Origin: Nannocystales bacterium | GTDB taxonomy: Bacteria; Myxococcota_A; Polyangia; Nannocystales; Nannocystaceae | Assembly (NCBI GenBank): GCA_050633305.1 | Contig: JBOEGF010000018.1 | Location: 704,001 to 768,000 of the forward strand | DNA: 64,000 nt | Direction: 5' to 3' | Shown: in pieces, positions 60,397 to 64,000 of the stretch | How positions within the stretch are numbered: position 1 is the first letter of the stretch | Layout: every line of letters starts with the position of its first letter | The notes under the pieces: generated by a model | What the model was told of the DNA's origin: nothing | Database searches by the model: none | What the model saw: only the letters and a program-made list of their open reading frames with translations | Position numbers and translations under genes: made by a program

Positions 60397-60557
60397 GCTC
60401 GAGCGCTCGTGTCCAAAGTGCCGGTGGACGCTGTTCGCACGTCGCAGGCGGTGGCCGGGCATGGACGAACACAGGGTTGGGCTGGAGTCCTCGACGTCGG
60501 GTGTGACATCGCTGTGGATCGACGGCCCGTCGGAGGGGTGGCATCCTGCCGCAACCC

Positions 60558-63329
60558 GTGGATTCGCTCCCCGATTCACGCTCTCAGACCCCGACGGACG
60601 CGCCGCCGGTGCACACGTTCGTGCCGGGCGAGAAGATCGGGCGCTATGTGCTGCTCGAAGAAGTCGGGCAGGGCGGGATGGGCGTTGTATTCGCGGCGTT
60701 CGACCCGCAGCTCAACCGCAAGATCGCGCTGAAAATTCTCCGCGCACAGCAGGCCGAGCCGGACAACAAGCGCCAGCTGCGTGCGCGGTTGTTCCGTGAG
60801 GCACAGGCCATCGCGAAGCTTTCGCACCCCAACGTCATCACCGTGTTCGATGTCGGGAACGTCGGGGCGTCGGTGTTCGTGGGCATGGAGTTCGTCGAAG
60901 GACTCACCCTGACCGACTTCCTCGCGACACCACGCCCGTTGGAGTCGATCTTGGACGCGTTTGCCCAAGCCGGGCGAGGGCTGAGCGCCGCGCACCAAGC
61001 CGGGCTCGTGCATCGGGACTTCAAGCCCGACAACGTACTGATGGGGTTCGACGGGATCGCCCGCGTCTCCGATTTCGGTCTCGCGCGTAGCGATCCCAGC
61101 CTCGTGGTCGAGGAAGGGGATTCGGACGAGTTCGAGGCTCACTCCCCGCAGGCGGTGGACGACGTCGACCTTCTCTCCTCGCCGATGACGCAGGCGGGGG
61201 CGGTGGTCGGCACGCCGCGGTACATGGCACCTGAGCAACACGCGGGCGCGCCACCGGACCCGAGAAGCGACCAGTTTGCGTTTTGCGTGGCGCTGTACCA
61301 GGCGCTGTATCGACAGGACCCGTACGTCGCTCACTCGATGGAGCGGCTGGTGCACGCCAAGCAAGAAGGGCGGATCGCGGAGCCCCCGAGCGGGGTCCCG
61401 ATTCCCGGGCGCATCGAGCAGCTGATCTGGCGGGGGCTCGCACCGGATCCGCGCCGACGGTACACAACGATGGAGGCTCTGCTGGAGGACCTCCGGGATC
61501 TTCCCGCCGTGGCGGGCCGTCCGGTGCTTCGATGGGTGGTCGGACTGGGGTTGTCTTCGGCCGCGCTTGGCATTGCCGCGCTGCAGTCCGGTGGCACGAC
61601 CCGGGCACCGTGTGACGACGGTCCGAGTCGTTGGCAAGCGACCTGGAACCCCGAGCGACGGGAGGCGGTTCGGTCTGCGTTCGCGGGGGTCGACCCCGAG
61701 GCGAGTACGCTGTCGTGGCTGTCCGTGGAGCGAGGCCTGGACGCCTACGGAGACGCTTTCAAGCAGCAGTACGCGGAAGCCTGTGCGTCCGTCAAAGGTG
61801 CTCGCCCGGCCGACGACATGTTCTTCCGGCTGCGTCAGTCTTGCCTCATGGAACGTCGGGACTTTGCGGCGTCGCTTGTAGATCTTCTCGAGGACCCCGA
61901 TGCCGCGCTGGTCCACGCCGCGCCACAGGCTGTCGCCGAGCTTCCCGGGATGGCGCGGTGCTCAGAGGTGGCGGGTCTGATCGCACGCGGGATGCCGACG
62001 CGGGTCGAGGAGGAACTCGCTGCCACGGAGTTTCGCGGTGCGCTGATGCAGACCCGAGTTCTGGGATTGGCTGGACAGTTCTCCGCTGCGCAAGCGCGTG
62101 CGACGGAAGCCCTCGAGCGGGCGGAAGCGCTCGGGTTCGGCGAGTTTGTCGCGGAGGGCCACCTCGTGCTCGGCCGAGCGCTGGCCCAGGGGGGTCGATA
62201 CGCGGATGCGGAGCAGCATCTTCGGGAGGCCGTGCTGGGAGGCACGCGGTTTGCCCATGATGAGGCGGCAGCCGAGGCTGCGATCGCGCTCGTGGAGGTC
62301 GTCGGTGTTCGGTTGGATCGCCACGCCGAAGCGGACCTGTGGGAGGCCCAAGCCGGGGCGCGGCTCGACCGGATCGCGGAGCGGGGGATCCTTCGTGCTC
62401 GGCTCGAGAACAGAGCGGGGCGCCTCGACGCGCGGCGTGGTGACAACGCTGCCGCGAGGGCGCACTACACCGTGGCGCTGTCGTTGCGGAGTCAGGTCCA
62501 AGGGATGGACGACCCCGGGCGCGCTGCGTGGCTCATCGACCTGGGCAACGTTGCGTTGGCCGAGGGAGCGTTCGACGAAGCGGTCGAGACCTTCGACCGA
62601 GCACTCGCGCTCGCCGAGGCCACGTTGACCGCGTCCCACCCGGCGCGTGCGGCATCGCTGGCTGCCCTCGGCCGTGTTCACCTGCGACGTGAGGAGTACG
62701 GTCCTGCCCGCGAGGCTCTGCTCGAAGCGAAGTCAGGGCTTCAGGGGTCGTTGGGCGCGGAGCACCCTCGCACTGCCATGGTGTTGCTGGGGTTGGCCAA
62801 CGCGGATGAGGGGCTTGGAAATGCTACCGCCGCCGAGGCCGGGTACGCCCGCGCGGCTGACTTGCTCGGCAGCACCCTCGGTCGCGGGCATGTGGCCTAC
62901 CGCCGCGCGCTGTTGGGACGGTCCCGAAGCGCGCGCCGCAGCGATCAACTCGAGGATGCTGTCGGATGGCTGACCCGGGCTTGTGGAGGTCCGGCGGTGC
63001 CTGCTTCGGTTCGCGGTGCGTGCCTGATGGAGCGAGCCGAGTTCGATTTTGCGGCGGAGCGATTCGTCGACGCGGCGGCCGGGTTCACAAACGCGGCGGC
63101 ACGCTTCGAAACGGGGGCGCTTGCCGATCCGCGACGCCGGGCAGAGGCGTTGTTGGGCGTCGCACGGAGCCAACGCTCGTTGGGCCAGGACGACGAAGCC
63201 GCCCGCACGCTGGGGAGCGCTCGAACGGCGGCAGGGCAGGTGAAGGGCTATGTGCCCAACGTCCGCGCCGACATCGACCGGTTCTCGACTCGGCTGAACG
63301 CGGTGGTCGCCGCCACGCTCGAGGAGTAG
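60558..63329 (+). CDS. Membrane Ser/Thr kinase with extracytoplasmic TPR repeats
   Basis: VGQGGMGVVF, IALK, HRDFKPDN, DFG, GTPRYMAPE; TM; LGAEHPRTA-type TPRs. Confidence 0.93.
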   Translation: MDSLPDSRSQTPTDAPPVHTFVPGEKIGRYVLLEEVGQGGMGVVFAAFDPQLNRKIALKILRAQQAEPDNKRQLRARLFREAQAIAKLSHPNVITVFDVGNVGASVFVGMEFVEGLTLTDFLATPRPLESILDAFAQAGRGLSAAHQAGLVHRDFKPDNVLMGFDGIARVSDFGLARSDPSLVVEEGDSDEFEAHSPQAVDDVDLLSSPMTQAGAVVGTPRYMAPEQHAGAPPDPRSDQFAFCVALYQALYRQDPYVAHSMERLVHAKQEGRIAEPPSGVPIPGRIEQLIWRGLAPDPRRRYTTMEALLEDLRDLPAVAGRPVLRWVVGLGLSSAALGIAALQSGGTTRAPCDDGPSRWQATWNPERREAVRSAFAGVDPEASTLSWLSVERGLDAYGDAFKQQYAEACASVKGARPADDMFFRLRQSCLMERRDFAASLVDLLEDPDAALVHAAPQAVAELPGMARCSEVAGLIARGMPTRVEEELAATEFRGALMQTRVLGLAGQFSAAQARATEALERAEALGFGEFVAEGHLVLGRALAQGGRYADAEQHLREAVLGGTRFAHDEAAAEAAIALVEVVGVRLDRHAEADLWEAQAGARLDRIAERGILRARLENRAGRLDARRGDNAAARAHYTVALSLRSQVQGMDDPGRAAWLIDLGNVALAEGAFDEAVETFDRALALAEATLTASHPARAASLAALGRVHLRREEYGPAREALLEAKSGLQGSLGAEHPRTAMVLLGLANADEGLGNATAAEAGYARAADLLGSTLGRGHVAYRRALLGRSRSARRSDQLEDAVGWLTRACGGPAVPASVRGACLMERAEFDFAAERFVDAAAGFTNAAARFETGALADPRRRAEALLGVARSQRSLGQDDEAARTLGSARTAAGQVKGYVPNVRADIDRFSTRLNAVVAATLEE

Positions 63330-63349
63330 CGGCGGCGCTCCGGGTCGGC

Positions 63350-64000
63350 CTAGAAGCGGCCGGAGAGTGAGAACCCGCTGTAGTTGCGACCGAAGCTGGG
63401 CGAGGCGGTGAGCGTCTCGGCCGGGCGAAGGGCAGTCGGGCTGTTGGCCGCCCGGCGTTTCTTGACGCCGATCACGATGAGGGCGGCGGCGCCACCGAGA
63501 AGGAGCGGAGTGAGCACGGCGCCGGCGATGAGGATTCCGTTGGCACGTGCCCCCGCATCGTTGGCTTCCTGCTGGTCGGCCAGGGCATCGCTGGTGGATT
63601 CCCCTGCGTCGATGGCTTCCTGTTCCGCGGTCTGGGCAGCCTTGAGGTCTCGCTCGGCGTTTTGTCCAAACACGCTGCCAAGCGGGATCATGATCCCGGT
63701 GCCCACGGCAACGACACCGAGCCCCACACCCCCGATGATCAGGCCAAGCCCGTCCGTCGAGGCTCCTTGCTGGATGATGACAGTCTCGGGCTGCTTGTCC
63801 TCGTCGGTCTTGTCCTCGGGCTCGGTCCCGTCTCCCTCACCCGCCGGCGTGGCCGTGTCGCGCTCAGCTTCCTCGATCATCTGATCGAGCTTGGTCGCGG
63901 TCGTCTGGATCTCCGCGATCACAGCGACGCTGTCGCCGTGCACAGCCTGAAAGTTCTTGTAGTAGTCCTGGAGCGTCGACTTGCCCTCGCGAAGCTGGGA
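63350..64000 (-). CDS. Myxobacterial helical + two-TM protein (5'-truncated by window edge)
   Basis: Frame open to 64000; two Gly-rich hydrophobic segments; ends GFSLSGRF. Confidence 0.7.
   Translation of the reverse strand, partial: SQLREGKSTLQDYYKNFQAVHGDSVAVIAEIQTTATKLDQMIEEAERDTATPAGEGDGTEPEDKTDEDKQPETVIIQQGASTDGLGLIIGGVGLGVVAVGTGIMIPLGSVFGQNAERDLKAAQTAEQEAIDAGESTSDALADQQEANDAGARANGILIAGAVLTPLLLGGAAALIVIGVKKRRAANSPTALRPAETLTASPSFGRNYSGFSLSGRF

Overview
High-GC chromosomal window from a myxobacterium (Myxococcota, most like Nannocystaceae). The assignment rests on a TIGR04551-type beta-barrel, Ser/Thr kinase-TPR proteins and many Cys-rich lipoproteins. About 57 genes are supported. Housekeeping and repair genes: selB, cinA-recA, radA, nagZ-thyA-folA, icd-alkB, SRAP, a 5'-3' exonuclease, HIT, and a fused E1 dehydrogenase. 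Clusters: MoxR-DUF58-vWA, rubrerythrin/Fe-S oxidoreductase/DUF3501, and an ECF sigma/anti-sigma module bracketed by two related Cys-rich lipoproteins. There are also two LysM-MepA-like peptidoglycan hydrolases and many secreted or lipoprotein hypotheticals. I saw no tRNA, rRNA, CRISPR array, transposase or phage genes. Most notable non-coding signals: (i) a candidate structured ncRNA with C-rich loops at about 34725-34960 behind an extended -10 element; (ii) a 7-copy ~65-bp hairpin tandem array plus a duplicated REP-like element at 53076-53698; (iii) a G11 tract that shifts the coupled start of a lipoprotein gene out of frame; (iv) a shared motif upstream of two genes of the ECF module; (v) repeated TANNNT boxes 6-7 nt before start codons, suggesting leaderless mRNAs. 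Family assignments come from motif recognition by eye, not database searches.
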